Assembly: GCA_037142195.1 (NCBI GenBank)
Contig: JBAXBA010000006.1
Coordinates: forward strand, 1 to 64,000
Reading direction: 5' to 3'
DNA: 64,000 bases
From: Pseudomonadota bacterium
GTDB taxonomy: Bacteria > Bdellovibrionota_B > Oligoflexia > Oligoflexales > CAIMVM01
Part shown: piece after piece, positions 17,801-29,400 of the stretch
Layout: each line of letters starts with the position of its first letter
How positions within the stretch are numbered: the first letter of the stretch is position 1
Made by a program: the position numbers and the translations under genes
Notes under the pieces: model-generated
The model's input: only the letters and a program-made list of their open reading frames with translations
Databases searched by the model: none
What the model was told of the DNA's origin: nothing

Positions 17801-19543
17801 TCAGTTTAGCTCAGCAATAACTCTTTCTTGCTCAGCTCGAAGGCGCTCGGGCAGGCGTTCTCCATAGGTATCGAGATATTCCTTAATGGATTTTGCCTCC
17901 TCACGGTAGGCGGCTTTGTCAACCGCTAAGAGATCCTTAAGAGCATTTTGATCGATATCAAGTCCCTTAACATCAAGATCCTTAGGTAAGGGTAAGTTAC
18001 CGATAGCTGTTTTTTCAGCGTCAATTTTTCCCGAACAGCGATCTAAAATCCACTTGAGTACACGCATGTTGTCGCCAAATCCAGGCCATAAGAATTTACC
18101 CGCTTTATCTTGGCGGAACCAGTTCACATGAAAAATTTTGGGTGGATGAGTCAATTTCTTTTCCATAGAGAGCCAGTGGGCCCAATAATCCCCAAAGTTA
18201 TAACCAGCGAACGGCTGCATGGCCATGGGGTCTCGACGCATCACGCCGACTTTTCCTGTGGAGGCTGCTGTGGTTTGACTTCCAACTGATGCTCCCACAA
18301 GCACTCCGTGGGGCCAAGATAGGGATTCAAATACCAGTGGCACAAGCGTTGAGCGGCGGCCACCGAAAACAATAGCGGATATAGGCACGCCATTTGGATT
18401 TTCTGCTTCTGTGGAGTAGCTTTCACATTGTTTTGCGGGCACCGTAAATCTGGAATTGGGCTGAGCAGCGGGACCAGTTTCTTTTTTATAGGGACGTCCT
18501 TGCCAATCTTTTGCCGGTGTTCCTTTAGTAAGCCCTTCCCACCAAGGTTCATTGTTTTCAGTAAGTCCCACATTGGTAAAAATACAATTGCGGTCAAGCA
18601 TGTTTAAGGCATTTGGATTGGTTAACTCTGAAGTTCCCGGGGCTACGCCGAAGTAACCCGCTTCTGGATTGATGGCGTAAAGACGGCCATCTGACCCAGG
18701 GTGAAGCCAAGCGATGTCATCCCCCACTGTCCAAACTTTCCATCCTTTGTAAGCAGGAGGTGGAATAAGCATGGCCAAATTGGTCTTACCACAAGCAGAG
18801 GGAAAAGCTGCGGCGACATATTGCTTTTCACCTTGAGGGTTTTCGATGCCCACAATCAGCATGTGTTCAGCGAGCCAGCCCTCGGTACGGCCTTGCCAAG
18901 AAGCAATACGCAAGGCGTGACACTTCTTCCCTAAAAGAGCATTGCCACCATAACCAGAGCCAACTGACTTTATGAGGAGCTCGTTAGGAAAATGCATGAT
19001 TCTGCGATGTTCGACTTTCAAGTCACCCAGAGAATGCAGGCCGCGGACAAACTTATTCTCAGATTCGATTCTTTTTAGAGCCGGCGTACCCATTCTGGTC
19101 ATAATATGCATATTGGCCACTACATACTTAGAATCAGTGATTTCCACACCGCATCTCGAAAATGGCGAATCTATGGGCCCCATGCAATAGGGAATGACAT
19201 ACATCACTCGATTTTTCATCGCCCCAGCAAAGAATCCGTCTATTTCCTTATGGGCCTCGGAGGGGTCCTTCCAATTGTTATTGGGGCCGGCATCAATTTT
19301 TTGTGGAGTGCAAATAAACGTGAGGTGTTCAGTACGAGCCACATCGTTTGGGTCGGAGCGATGGAGATAACAGTTGGGAAAGGATTCTTCGTTAAGCTTT
19401 ATAAACTCGCCGCTATCTACCATTTCTTTTGCGAGCTGATCATACTCAGCCTTGCTTCCATTACACCAAACCACTCTCTCAGGTTGTGTAAGTGAAGCCA
19501 CTTCATCTACCCATTTTAATAATTGAGCATTGCTAGTAGTCAT
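17801..19543 (-). CDS. pckG: Phosphoenolpyruvate carboxykinase (GTP)
   Basis: GSGYGGNALLGKKC, WLAEHM, FPSACGKTNLAM, VGDDIAW, INPEAGYFGVAPGT, NSRF; start placed at MTTSN after a GGGGTG RBS. Confidence 0.97.
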   Translation of the reverse strand: MTTSNAQLLKWVDEVASLTQPERVVWCNGSKAEYDQLAKEMVDSGEFIKLNEESFPNCYLHRSDPNDVARTEHLTFICTPQKIDAGPNNNWKDPSEAHKEIDGFFAGAMKNRVMYVIPYCMGPIDSPFSRCGVEITDSKYVVANMHIMTRMGTPALKRIESENKFVRGLHSLGDLKVEHRRIMHFPNELLIKSVGSGYGGNALLGKKCHALRIASWQGRTEGWLAEHMLIVGIENPQGEKQYVAAAFPSACGKTNLAMLIPPPAYKGWKVWTVGDDIAWLHPGSDGRLYAINPEAGYFGVAPGTSELTNPNALNMLDRNCIFTNVGLTENNEPWWEGLTKGTPAKDWQGRPYKKETGPAAQPNSRFTVPAKQCESYSTEAENPNGVPISAIVFGGRRSTLVPLVFESLSWPHGVLVGASVGSQTTAASTGKVGVMRRDPMAMQPFAGYNFGDYWAHWLSMEKKLTHPPKIFHVNWFRQDKAGKFLWPGFGDNMRVLKWILDRCSGKIDAEKTAIGNLPLPKDLDVKGLDIDQNALKDLLAVDKAAYREEAKSIKEYLDTYGERLPERLRAEQERVIAELN

Positions 19544-19728
19544 GTTCACCCCTATACGGTTTAAAAAGCCCTGCCCATCCAAGATAAAAATCTACGGGGA
19601 GGATCGCTTTGCAAGATGTCCCTATCGGTTTAATCTTTTTCCGCGTAATTGCCAACCACCGAGCAGTCAGAAATCGAGAAAAAGCGGTATAATGAGAGGG
19701 CGTTTCTAATCCAATTCATATTATAAGA

Positions 19729-22700
19729 ATGTATTTTATTAAAACTATGAAAAAAACAACTTTATTGAGACTCCTGAAATTTTCCCTTTGGATCGCAGGT
19801 ATCGCACTCCTGCTCACGATTGCAACAGGGATAGCAGTCCGGGCCCTCGTCAAACAAAAAGATATAGAACACTTCCTAAGCGGAGTGGTTAAAAAACAAA
19901 CAGGCGGACAGCTTACCTTTCAAGTAGAAGCTTTTGATGTCTTGCGGGAGATCAGAATCAGCCACATCCAGTTTAATGGCCCTAAAACGGAAATAGGCTT
20001 TGGGGAGGGAGGAGAGCTTTCTGATGAGCCTCTGATTTCCATGGAACAAATTAAAATCGATCTAGCTGTCCGAGGGCTCTGGCGCGGAGCTCTTAAAGTA
20101 GCAGCCTTTTTGGACAAGCCCAGCATCTCCCTCAATCTTCGAAAAGACCAAAGCAATCTTCGGGGGCTTCTTGCTTATAGAGCCAAAAACTTTCCCAAAG
20201 CAGAGAGTCTAACCCCATGGTTTGAATTGCCAACCCTTCCGATCTCATTAGACAAAATATTTGTTCCAGGATCTTTTCAACTCACCGATTTTCTAGTCTC
20301 GGATGTTTCATTAAAGTTTGTTAATGATTCTATAGACGTCCAACTGGGGCCTCTAGATATGTCTTCTTTTTTAAAGATATACCGCAAGACGATAAAAGGT
20401 TATTTGAAACTAGAGACAGATCGTACAAAACTGAAATTCAAAACTAAAGACAAAGAGGCTCTTTGGAACATGAGACTCCAAAATGAGTTTCAAATTCGCT
20501 CTTGGACGGAATATGGGCTCACGTCCACAAATAAAATTTCTGGCAGCTATTTAACCCAACCTCTAATCTTAAACCAATCCGTTCAAGTCAAAATAGCTCC
20601 AGATTTGACGTCTTTCCAGTTGGGCGATTTAAAATTTGATTTAGGAAATTACCTAAAGTTAGGTGGTGACTTTTATGTCCAATTCCCGAAACATTCTCTG
20701 CTAAATGGAACCCTGCGCAGTAATTTCCAAACGAATATCAATTTAGACAATCCGATCACTCACATTCTTGAAAAAATGATGCAATTAAAAACCTCGGGAC
20801 GAATTAAGGGTAAACTTTCCATAGACGGCCCCTTTGAGATCTCAGAAAATAAGCTTCCTATCCAACTTCCTCTTTCTAACATCACGTTCCAAGCAGACCA
20901 AGTCCAAGCGTCTTTAGGAAAAGAGATCAACTTAAGAAATCTAAGATCACTTGGTGAGATTCATATCACTTCCACAGATAAAGACATTCACATAAGTCCC
21001 AAGGTTTCCCTTTCCTTTGCTGATTTTTCCTTTGAGAGTAATAATATCCAACTCAATGCGAGAGAGTTTGAATCATCTCTAACCTCACAAGCCACACTCT
21101 TCTTAAAGAAACTTGATTCCTTGAAATTAGCTCTAAACTTGGCTAGTATTTCAGCAAAAATCGACAAAAAAGAAATCATAAATGAAAATTTAAAACTTAA
21201 TGTAGAAGCAACTAGTTTAGAAAAACTGTCGAATTTCTTTATGTCTGGCACCGCCAGCATGGGGCATTTAGTTCAATCAAAATTTGAAATTAAGTGTAAT
21301 AGTCCTTGTGGTAAAGTCGATGTAGGGGGAAGCTTTATAGCTCAAAAATTAATGCCTTTTGTAGAAATACTCAAAAACAATGTTGCAAAAGAAGCAGTAA
21401 AATATTTACCTTCATTTCTCGAAGGAAGCGTTGAAGGTGGCTTGGAAGCAGCTTTTTTGGTGCCATCATTTGATAAAAAAGAATTTCTACCTGAAGACCT
21501 CGCGCCAACCTGGAAAATTCATGGAGATTTAAAGAACCTCTCTTTAAAGGTGCCTTTTCAAGCTGCAAGTCTGGCCGGACTCAACGCAGGTATTAAAGCC
21601 GAAGGAACCCTGCTAAAGGGTTCCATCTCGACAGGGTTCCATTTGGAAAATCTCGGAATCTCCCCATCTGCGACCCAAAGCTTTCAAATAGAAAAAGTAG
21701 ATTTTTCCGCAAAGACGGACGTTAACCTAGCGAACCTCAAAATTATAAAGGAAAAAGCAACCACGGCCACAAGCTGGCAATTGAAAGCTAAAGATATCCA
21801 AGCATCTCTTCCTAAAGAGTATTCACTTTCTAATCATAGCGTGGAAGGTCGCCTCTCTACCTCTGGCATCAAAAATGTCCAGCTAGACATAGATAAAGCA
21901 TCAATTGCAAATGGTGCGCTAGATGCAAAGTTGCAGTTGTCCGCAAACCTAAACGCAAAAGATATAAATTCCCATTTTTTGGTTCATATCTATCCCGAGA
22001 AATTCGAAACCTATGTGCCCGGACTAAAGGCGGGCGGAATGCTGTCCTATCAAGGAAATCTTGACGTAAAGTCTTTTGATAGACTTTCTTTAACTTCGTT
22101 TTCAAAACTGGAGGCGATTCACTTATCCTATGTACAAGCGGGAGGAAATCGTTTTGGTATCGGCTCCATTGAGGGTCGAATTCCTATTTCATTTCATGAA
22201 AACATTTCAGATCTTAAAAACTGGTTCCAGAAAAGTGAAAACAAAAATCTTTCAGACACGATTGCAAATTATTTAAAAAGCGAGTCCCAAGTTAATGAAA
22301 TCTCAATGCCGGAATCAAATCTTCTGTCGTGGCGTGATGCTCATCCTGCCCAAGAAAGAAATCTAAAAATTTATAAAGCCTTTATTAATGGAGTTGGTAT
22401 CGAAGAATTTGAAGGTGGTGTTGAAATTTCCTCTAAAGCCATTATGGTTAAAAACTTTTTAGGCAAGGTTCTGGGAGGTCGGATACAAGGGAGCGCTTTT
22501 TTACCTATATCTCCGATGCCGGAACGCATACTTCTCACAGCACACGTTAAAGGAATTGATTCCAGCCAGATTCCTCTGCTCATCGGAAAAAAGAACTCTG
22601 GCGGAACATCACTGCCCATAAGCGGAAATTTTCACTTAGACTTTCTAGTAAGAAATAGTCAATTAGATGGCGTCTTTGATGTCACATCTATCGGTGCCGA

Positions 22701-22953
22701 ACAAATGAATTATATGCTTGAGATGGTAGATCCAGACCACGCAGATTCTTCTATCAATAACATTCGAAGAGCTTTGAAAATAGGATCTCTTAAGAAGGCT
22801 CTTGTAGTGATTAAAAGGGGCGAGATGAGCCTTGATATGGATGTAAGGTTAGTGGGAGCGCCGATTCCGCTTCCAAATCTGAATGGAATAAAAGTTTCTA
22901 ATATGATTGAAAATATAAAAGCCGACATTTTAGAGAAAAAGGAGTCTTTGTGA
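19729..22953 (+). CDS. AsmA-like / YdbH-type intermembrane lipid-bridge protein
   Basis: Single N-terminal TM anchor, then about 1000 aa of repetitive amphipathic beta strands (for example KNFLGKVLGGRIQGS); followed by a YnbE/YdbL-like lipoprotein. Start may be the ATG at 19747. Confidence 0.7.
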   Translation: MYFIKTMKKTTLLRLLKFSLWIAGIALLLTIATGIAVRALVKQKDIEHFLSGVVKKQTGGQLTFQVEAFDVLREIRISHIQFNGPKTEIGFGEGGELSDEPLISMEQIKIDLAVRGLWRGALKVAAFLDKPSISLNLRKDQSNLRGLLAYRAKNFPKAESLTPWFELPTLPISLDKIFVPGSFQLTDFLVSDVSLKFVNDSIDVQLGPLDMSSFLKIYRKTIKGYLKLETDRTKLKFKTKDKEALWNMRLQNEFQIRSWTEYGLTSTNKISGSYLTQPLILNQSVQVKIAPDLTSFQLGDLKFDLGNYLKLGGDFYVQFPKHSLLNGTLRSNFQTNINLDNPITHILEKMMQLKTSGRIKGKLSIDGPFEISENKLPIQLPLSNITFQADQVQASLGKEINLRNLRSLGEIHITSTDKDIHISPKVSLSFADFSFESNNIQLNAREFESSLTSQATLFLKKLDSLKLALNLASISAKIDKKEIINENLKLNVEATSLEKLSNFFMSGTASMGHLVQSKFEIKCNSPCGKVDVGGSFIAQKLMPFVEILKNNVAKEAVKYLPSFLEGSVEGGLEAAFLVPSFDKKEFLPEDLAPTWKIHGDLKNLSLKVPFQAASLAGLNAGIKAEGTLLKGSISTGFHLENLGISPSATQSFQIEKVDFSAKTDVNLANLKIIKEKATTATSWQLKAKDIQASLPKEYSLSNHSVEGRLSTSGIKNVQLDIDKASIANGALDAKLQLSANLNAKDINSHFLVHIYPEKFETYVPGLKAGGMLSYQGNLDVKSFDRLSLTSFSKLEAIHLSYVQAGGNRFGIGSIEGRIPISFHENISDLKNWFQKSENKNLSDTIANYLKSESQVNEISMPESNLLSWRDAHPAQERNLKIYKAFINGVGIEEFEGGVEISSKAIMVKNFLGKVLGGRIQGSAFLPISPMPERILLTAHVKGIDSSQIPLLIGKKNSGGTSLPISGNFHLDFLVRNSQLDGVFDVTSIGAEQMNYMLEMVDPDHADSSINNIRRALKIGSLKKALVVIKRGEMSLDMDVRLVGAPIPLPNLNGIKVSNMIENIKADILEKKESL

Positions 22954-23444
22954 AACTAAACTTCGTAAGAATTTTGGCTGTGTCTGTTTTTATCTCAACC
23001 GGGTGTGTCATAAAAGTGGAAGTCCCCACATCAAAAACTAAACTAGAGAAGCAAATATCTGGCGATCTAATTCCCACAGAGGAATCTGTTTTAATGAGAG
23101 CAGTGACCAGAGGACAGAGTGAAATAGGTGTGCCTAGTGAGATTTCTAATATGGAACTGATGAAGCGAGAAGAGGCTTGGATCCAACTATCTTATCGTTA
23201 CCTAGATGCTGGCTATCTTGGCTGGAAGCCGGATGAAGGTCTAGAAAAAGTGCCCTCGCGACAGGATGAATCCTCTGAGTACTATGAAGCACTCGTCCTA
23301 TGTGGGCGGTTAAATCAGATTGTCCGCGAGGTTAAAAAAAGAGGCCTAGAGAGCAAATTGGCCTCAGGTTTTCGACCTGAGATAAAAAAAGGTTGGTACG
23401 TTTTTGAAAATGGAGTGTGGAGCCAATTTGGAGTTGACCGATGA
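22950..23444 (+). CDS. Lipoprotein, YnbE-like N-terminus plus YdbL (DUF1318)-like domain
   Basis: Lipobox STG-C, then VIKVEV; GYLGW..DEGL and C-terminal KKGWYVFENGVW; GTGA overlap upstream and ATGA overlap downstream. Confidence 0.65.
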   Translation: MKLNFVRILAVSVFISTGCVIKVEVPTSKTKLEKQISGDLIPTEESVLMRAVTRGQSEIGVPSEISNMELMKREEAWIQLSYRYLDAGYLGWKPDEGLEKVPSRQDESSEYYEALVLCGRLNQIVREVKKRGLESKLASGFRPEIKKGWYVFENGVWSQFGVDR

Positions 23445-26400
23445 GCATTCCGACATGGCGCAGCTTGGTTTTCTGGCTTCTTGGACTCACTTTAGGGTCT
23501 TCTTATGGCTATGCGATCTGTGAATTTAATGGACCAGGAAATTATTGCAAGGGTCAGGCAATCTCAATAGCTGCAGGAAACATAACGGACTTTGTGTTGG
23601 TTCCTGGCTCAGACTGGATTATCGGTGTTTCGGACGCAAAAGGCCAAAAAGATTTAGTTGGCATTAACAAAACCAACTCTACATTCCTATTTCTTACGGA
23701 TTCAACTTCCGATGAAGAGTCTCCCTCGGTGTCACCAGATGGAAAATTTGTATCCTATATTTCTCGCGCCAATGATCCGCTAGGCAATGTGGTTGTTGCG
23801 AAACTTTCCGTTGGAAAGAAAATTTCACTAACACAAGTTGATGAAATAAAATTGCCAAATTCCCAGGAATCCCATCCTACTTTGACAAATAACGCTGTCT
23901 ACTTCTCCAGTAATATGGTTACTGATAACAACTCAAAGATTTTTACAAAAACTTTGAAAACAAGAGAAATTTCAAATTTTTCCGTTGGTGATACCCCCGT
24001 GGTATCTGCAAGCGACCAAGTTGTCTGGAATCAAAATGGCAGATTGATTATCGGAAAAAATAGCAACTTAAGGCCATTATTTAAAAAAGATGGTTTTTTG
24101 CGGCGCAGTGCCATCTTTGTGGGTGAATCTACATTAATATATCTTAGGTATTCCGCGGATAGCAATGGGGACGGTAAGATTGACTCGACAGATGACTACG
24201 AGGTTGTAAAAGTAGGCATCAAAGACCTAGGCGTAGTAGGCGAAGAAGAGATTCTAAAATTTGGAGACCTTCAAATATTGACTCTCGCATCGACCCAGGG
24301 AAAGCTCATAGTTTCTGAGCGTACAAAATCTGGCTACCAGCTGATGGAGTACCAGGAAACACCACGAGAATGCTCTCTCGCTTCTGCTGTAGAGAGAGAT
24401 CAATACGAGACTTTTATTTCAGTTTGCAGTGCGGCTACCTTTGGTGTCATGAGGTCTCTAGAATGGCGCTATGTGATTAGAAATACAACTCTATCAGGCA
24501 GTCCGGCCGCGATGACCCTAAATCAAAATAGTTGCCCCCATTCGGAATGTGATTTTGCTTCGGTTAAAGCACGCTACACCAGTGAGCTTTCGTCTCTACT
24601 AAGCTCTAGGTCTTATAGTTTTCCAGCCGAAATTCTAGTCGACTTTGCACTGAGAACAAAAAGACTAAAAAATGAAGATGCTTATTTTTTGTTAAGAACT
24701 GTCAAAAATCTTAGTCCCTATACTCTTTCAAGACTCATAGGGTTCATGTCTAGCTCTCCGAGCTATCTCCAATACTTGAGAAATCTAGTTCAAAGTACCG
24801 AACTTAATACAGCATTTTTTGCATCTCTTGGAATCGTATCTCATATAGCTGAAGCAGGAGATTCAGACTTGGCACTTAACCAACTGGCTTTCACCACCAG
24901 AGAGTTTGCTAAGCGAGGTCTAGATGTCAGCCCAGCACTTAAAAAAGCTTGTGAGCTTTCTTCTGCGGCCGGACTGAGAGGGCTGATGAAGATTCCTCTT
25001 CTAGAATTATCAACGGCGAGCTTTTCAGCCCCTTGGATCAAACAGAAGTCATATTATTCTGCAAAAAACTACCTTGTCGGAGAAGGCAATGATGCGATAG
25101 CAAAGGGAGAGCAGGCGGTAGCAAGATCATCGTTTCTTTCTGCGCTGACCTTTGATCCCAATAGCCTTGGTGCCAAAAAAGGTCTCGTTCAGCTGGGCTA
25201 TCCTCTGCCTGGACATCAAGAAATAGATCAAATTCTAAAGAAGACATCTGAAATCAATATCAATCTAGATCCCTCAAAGCGCAGTAGCTTGGCGAGGGAG
25301 ATTCTGACAGAAATCCGCAAATTTTCTGGAGTCTATGATCATGAAAGCGAATATTTTCGTTTGCTGGGATGGCTAAACTTTCAAATACATCTGGCTGAGG
25401 TTGCCAATAGCAATTCTGTAAGCGGATTCTTTAAAAATAGAATGGATATACTTGGGGGAATTTTTGGATTTTCACCAACAAACTACCTGGAAGAATCCTT
25501 AACTGAGCTTAGGCGGGCTGAAAAAATCGAAAGAAACTTCGGCAGCATATCTCCTCTGCTTTCGCAAGATCTTGCCATTGTTCTATTTGAACAGGGAGAC
25601 TTTAAGTCAGCATTCAGTTTAAGTTTAGAGCGGGTACGGAGTATTTCTGCACTTAAGTTTGAAGATGCCGAGGTTGCTTCCTACTTTTTAAGCCTTGCCA
25701 GTTCAGCGGCCGGTAAACTTGATGAGCATAATATAGCTATTCAGTTGGCAGGCGCTGCTGAGATCGAGGCAAGAAAAATCAATGACTCTGCTCTTCTTAA
25801 AATCAAAAAATCAAAGGTATACCTCCTTTTCCAAGCTGGTCGCTATGAAGAAGCTGCCGCAGAAGCATCGACGATTGCTGCTGTTTCAGAAGAGGGGATC
25901 GCTACTAGGTTTAAATTGCTTCGAGTTTGGTTTTTACGTCTGGCGGGAAAAACGAGTCTTTCTCAAAAAGAATTTAAATCCCTTGACCTTACCCACTTAG
26001 AATCTCTGAAGCCAGTTTTGGGCGAAGATGTATTTCAATTGGCAAAATGGCTACAAAGGGAAATGACATCTCTTCCGGCCGAAAAGGATCAAATTCTAGC
26101 TGATGTGAACCAGGCTCAGACTCAAGTGGGCTTCTTTGGGCGAATCGTAAATCGCGTATTGGGCAATACAGATATCTTTGTTTCCAGGGCGAAGCTAGCC
26201 ATAGATTCCGCACAAAAGCTTTCCCGCGCAGGTTTGACAGATGACGCAGCTAAAGTTTTGACGAATAGCAGGTCCGATTTGGATCGTGTGGCCAGTGACG
26301 TATTTAACCGCGAGACTTCCTTAATTTTGGGATATTGGCTAGATTTGAGTCTCGCGGTCTCAAAAAATCGACAGGAAATTCAGAGCGACATGCTCCGCTT

Positions 26401-29400
26401 CTTAGAATTAGCGGAAAAGGGCTGTAAGAAAATTGACAATGGGGATCGCAATAAGAACTGCATCGCCATAAAGTCATCTATTGAGTCGCGAATGAGTTTA
26501 GGAAGTTTCTCGTATCATGGCGGCTTGGATTATCATTCGTCAAGGCCATTCTATTTAAGTTCCCCTGAAAAAATCTCCTTATTTCTTTCGGAAGAAGGCG
26601 AAAAGATGGAAGGCGCCCGCCGTTGGATTAGCCTTGTTGCTGTAAATCGAATCGAGGATGGGCTTGCTCTTTGGGCTAAAGGGGTGCTTTCTGGAGAGCT
26701 TCGCGGATATGATTTAGACGAGGTTCTGTCCTACTTTTCAAGACTTCCGATTGCCAGCCAAAACGTTTTGAATAGGGGCATTTTTCGTGGAGCGAAGCTC
26801 GTAAGAATGAGACAGGCATTAGGTCTAGATTCCTCTGAAATGCTCGATTATCTGGCTAAAGTCGATTTTTCTGGCAATAAAAGTGCGGACTATTCGGGAA
26901 GATTTAATTTCTTGACCCATGAAAAAGTCTCTAACGAATTCTTTATGTTTGATGTTGCGGTTTCTGATGTTGCTTTGTCGGAATCAAACGTTCGTCTTCC
27001 TGTGGCAGATACTTCCGCTCTGAAGTGGATTCCGTTGCAAGTGGATCTCGCAAAATTAGACAGCTTAAAACCGTTGTTGAATGACTTGAAATCTTCCGGA
27101 AAAGAAGGCGTTCAATTGACGGTTTGCGCGACAAAAACTCAAAGTGAGAGGCCTCTGTCTAAGGGAGATGAAGAGTCACTGGATCGGCTCTATGCTTCCA
27201 CCTGGGACTATTTTAAAGGAAATATTGTTATTTCCTTTGAGTGCTTAGACTCCACAAAGTCTGAACCTTTATCCGAAGACTATTTTGATGCAATAGATTC
27301 AGGCCTCTCAGATGCCGCATACTTTAAAGCATGGAGCTCTGGACTAGCAAAGGAAGCCGATCCGAAACTAAGATCCGAACTCCTGGATAGACTGTCTAAA
27401 GAATTAGTCGGTAGAAAAAACAACACCTTGGCCTATCAAGTTCTATCTGTTTTGACTTATCTACCTGATAGAGACGTTTCAAAAAGCTATACAGCTCTTG
27501 CAACTATTGCATCTAGGCTCAAAAAATGGGACTTAGTAAAGCGGGCTCTAGATCACCTTGACTCTTATTATTCGTCTCACGAGGTAGAGCCCGCTCTGCG
27601 CCTCGACTTGCTGAGAATGAAAGCCATATTGGCTGAAAGCACCTTAAAGAAAGAGGATGTCATCTCTCAGTGGCAGAGATTTATTGAGGCATCGCAAGCC
27701 AAATTAGACCACCAGGCTAAGGTGCGCGGTTTAGTTTCTCTTGGCAATTACCTACTTGATAAGGTTTCTGATTTTTCTGGGGCTCAAAAGTATTATGCAG
27801 AAGCTGCATCCTATGCTGAGGAAAAGAAAATCGGCTCATTTGAGGCAAAATTTGGCCTTGCAATGATTAAAATGCGGTCAAATTCCTTCAATGGAGCGCT
27901 TTCCGATTTGAAGCAACTTGAGGTCGATGAAACTTCGACCGGCAATGATTTGATAACATTAAAAATAAATCAACAGCTCAATTCTGCGCTTTTTGGACTT
28001 GGTCGACTTTCTGAAGCTTCCATTCGGCAGGGTAAAACCAGGGCGCTATTTGCAAAATTAAATTCGGCATCACTCAGATCTCGATATGAAATATTAGATT
28101 TAAATTTAAATGGTATGATTTTAGCTAAGCAGGGGTGGTATCAGCTTGCTACACAACAATTCACGAAAGCATTGAGTCTAAGCGAGGAGTCTAAGTTTCC
28201 AGAACTCATGTCACTTGTTCTAGCGAATCAAGGTTTTTGGATGAGAGCCTATGGTTTTGTAGACCTTTCAGTCAAGAACTATGAAAGGGCCTTGCAGCTT
28301 GATGATCCGCTTGATGAGACAGCAATTGCAAGTGATAAAAGAAATCTTGGACTTGCTGCTTTGGCGGCATTTGACTTAGCTTCCTCCCATCGCTATTTGT
28401 CGGAATCTGAAAGCCTTTCTATTCGACTTGGCCTCGATAGTAACCTGGCACTCTCTCGGATGGGACTTTCAGAGATTCTCTATAAAGGACAAAACTTTGA
28501 AGAAGCTTTAAAAAAAATCAATCTCTCAATAAGCTATTTTTTGAAGGATTATAATCCAGAGTACTTTTGGCGGGCTCTATATGCTCGTAGTGAGATAAGT
28601 CGAAAACGCGGGGCCATTGAGGCAGCCCAGAAAGATTTAGATCGTGCCCTGTTGGTTGCGCTCTCTCTCCCTCCCGGCCAACGCCTAGGACTTGGTCCTG
28701 ATACAACCTGGGTAGATGTTACTATGAGAGATGTTGTGGATCGTTGGTTGGAGTATAGTGGTGCGCGTGATCCGAATCTTGCAGCTGGAATTTTAGGCTA
28801 CTTTCAGTTTCGCGAGCAAATGGATCAATTGACATCTATTCCTGGCGCCTCCGAGAAATTGTCTGACTTAACGATCAAGCTTGCCAAGGAGCTTGGCGAT
28901 GGAGAAGCTTCTGCAAAGTCTTCTGATGATCAAGTCAAGACGCAACTTAGTTCCCTTTCCCAATCTTTTTTGGCTCGGCTTCCCTCTGACACTTTGGTTC
29001 TATGGTCGCTCAAAGTAAATGTTGTAGCTCTAAGACGCATGGAAGGAAAGTTTGCTTTTTATTCCATACCTTTTGAAAAATCGGTACTTTCGCGTTATGG
29101 TGATTTTTCGGAAAAGCTTTTGTCTTTTAGTGGAGAAACTGAAATTCTAAGGGTTAACCTTTTTGATGAGCTTTTGAAGCCGGTCTTCCCATCAGAATTG
29201 CCAAAGAATATTTCTATAATAGCGTCTAAAGAATTTTTGCCGCTGCCACTAGAACTGCTAGGTCCAGAAAAAAATCGCTATTTGGGGATTGAAACTAAAG
29301 TCAATTGGCTTTTGCCAAAGCTGGGTCCTGATTTATCCTCGCGAGAGAATGGATTCTGGGGAGGAACCGTATTCGATGGATTGGACCGTCTAGAACTCGT

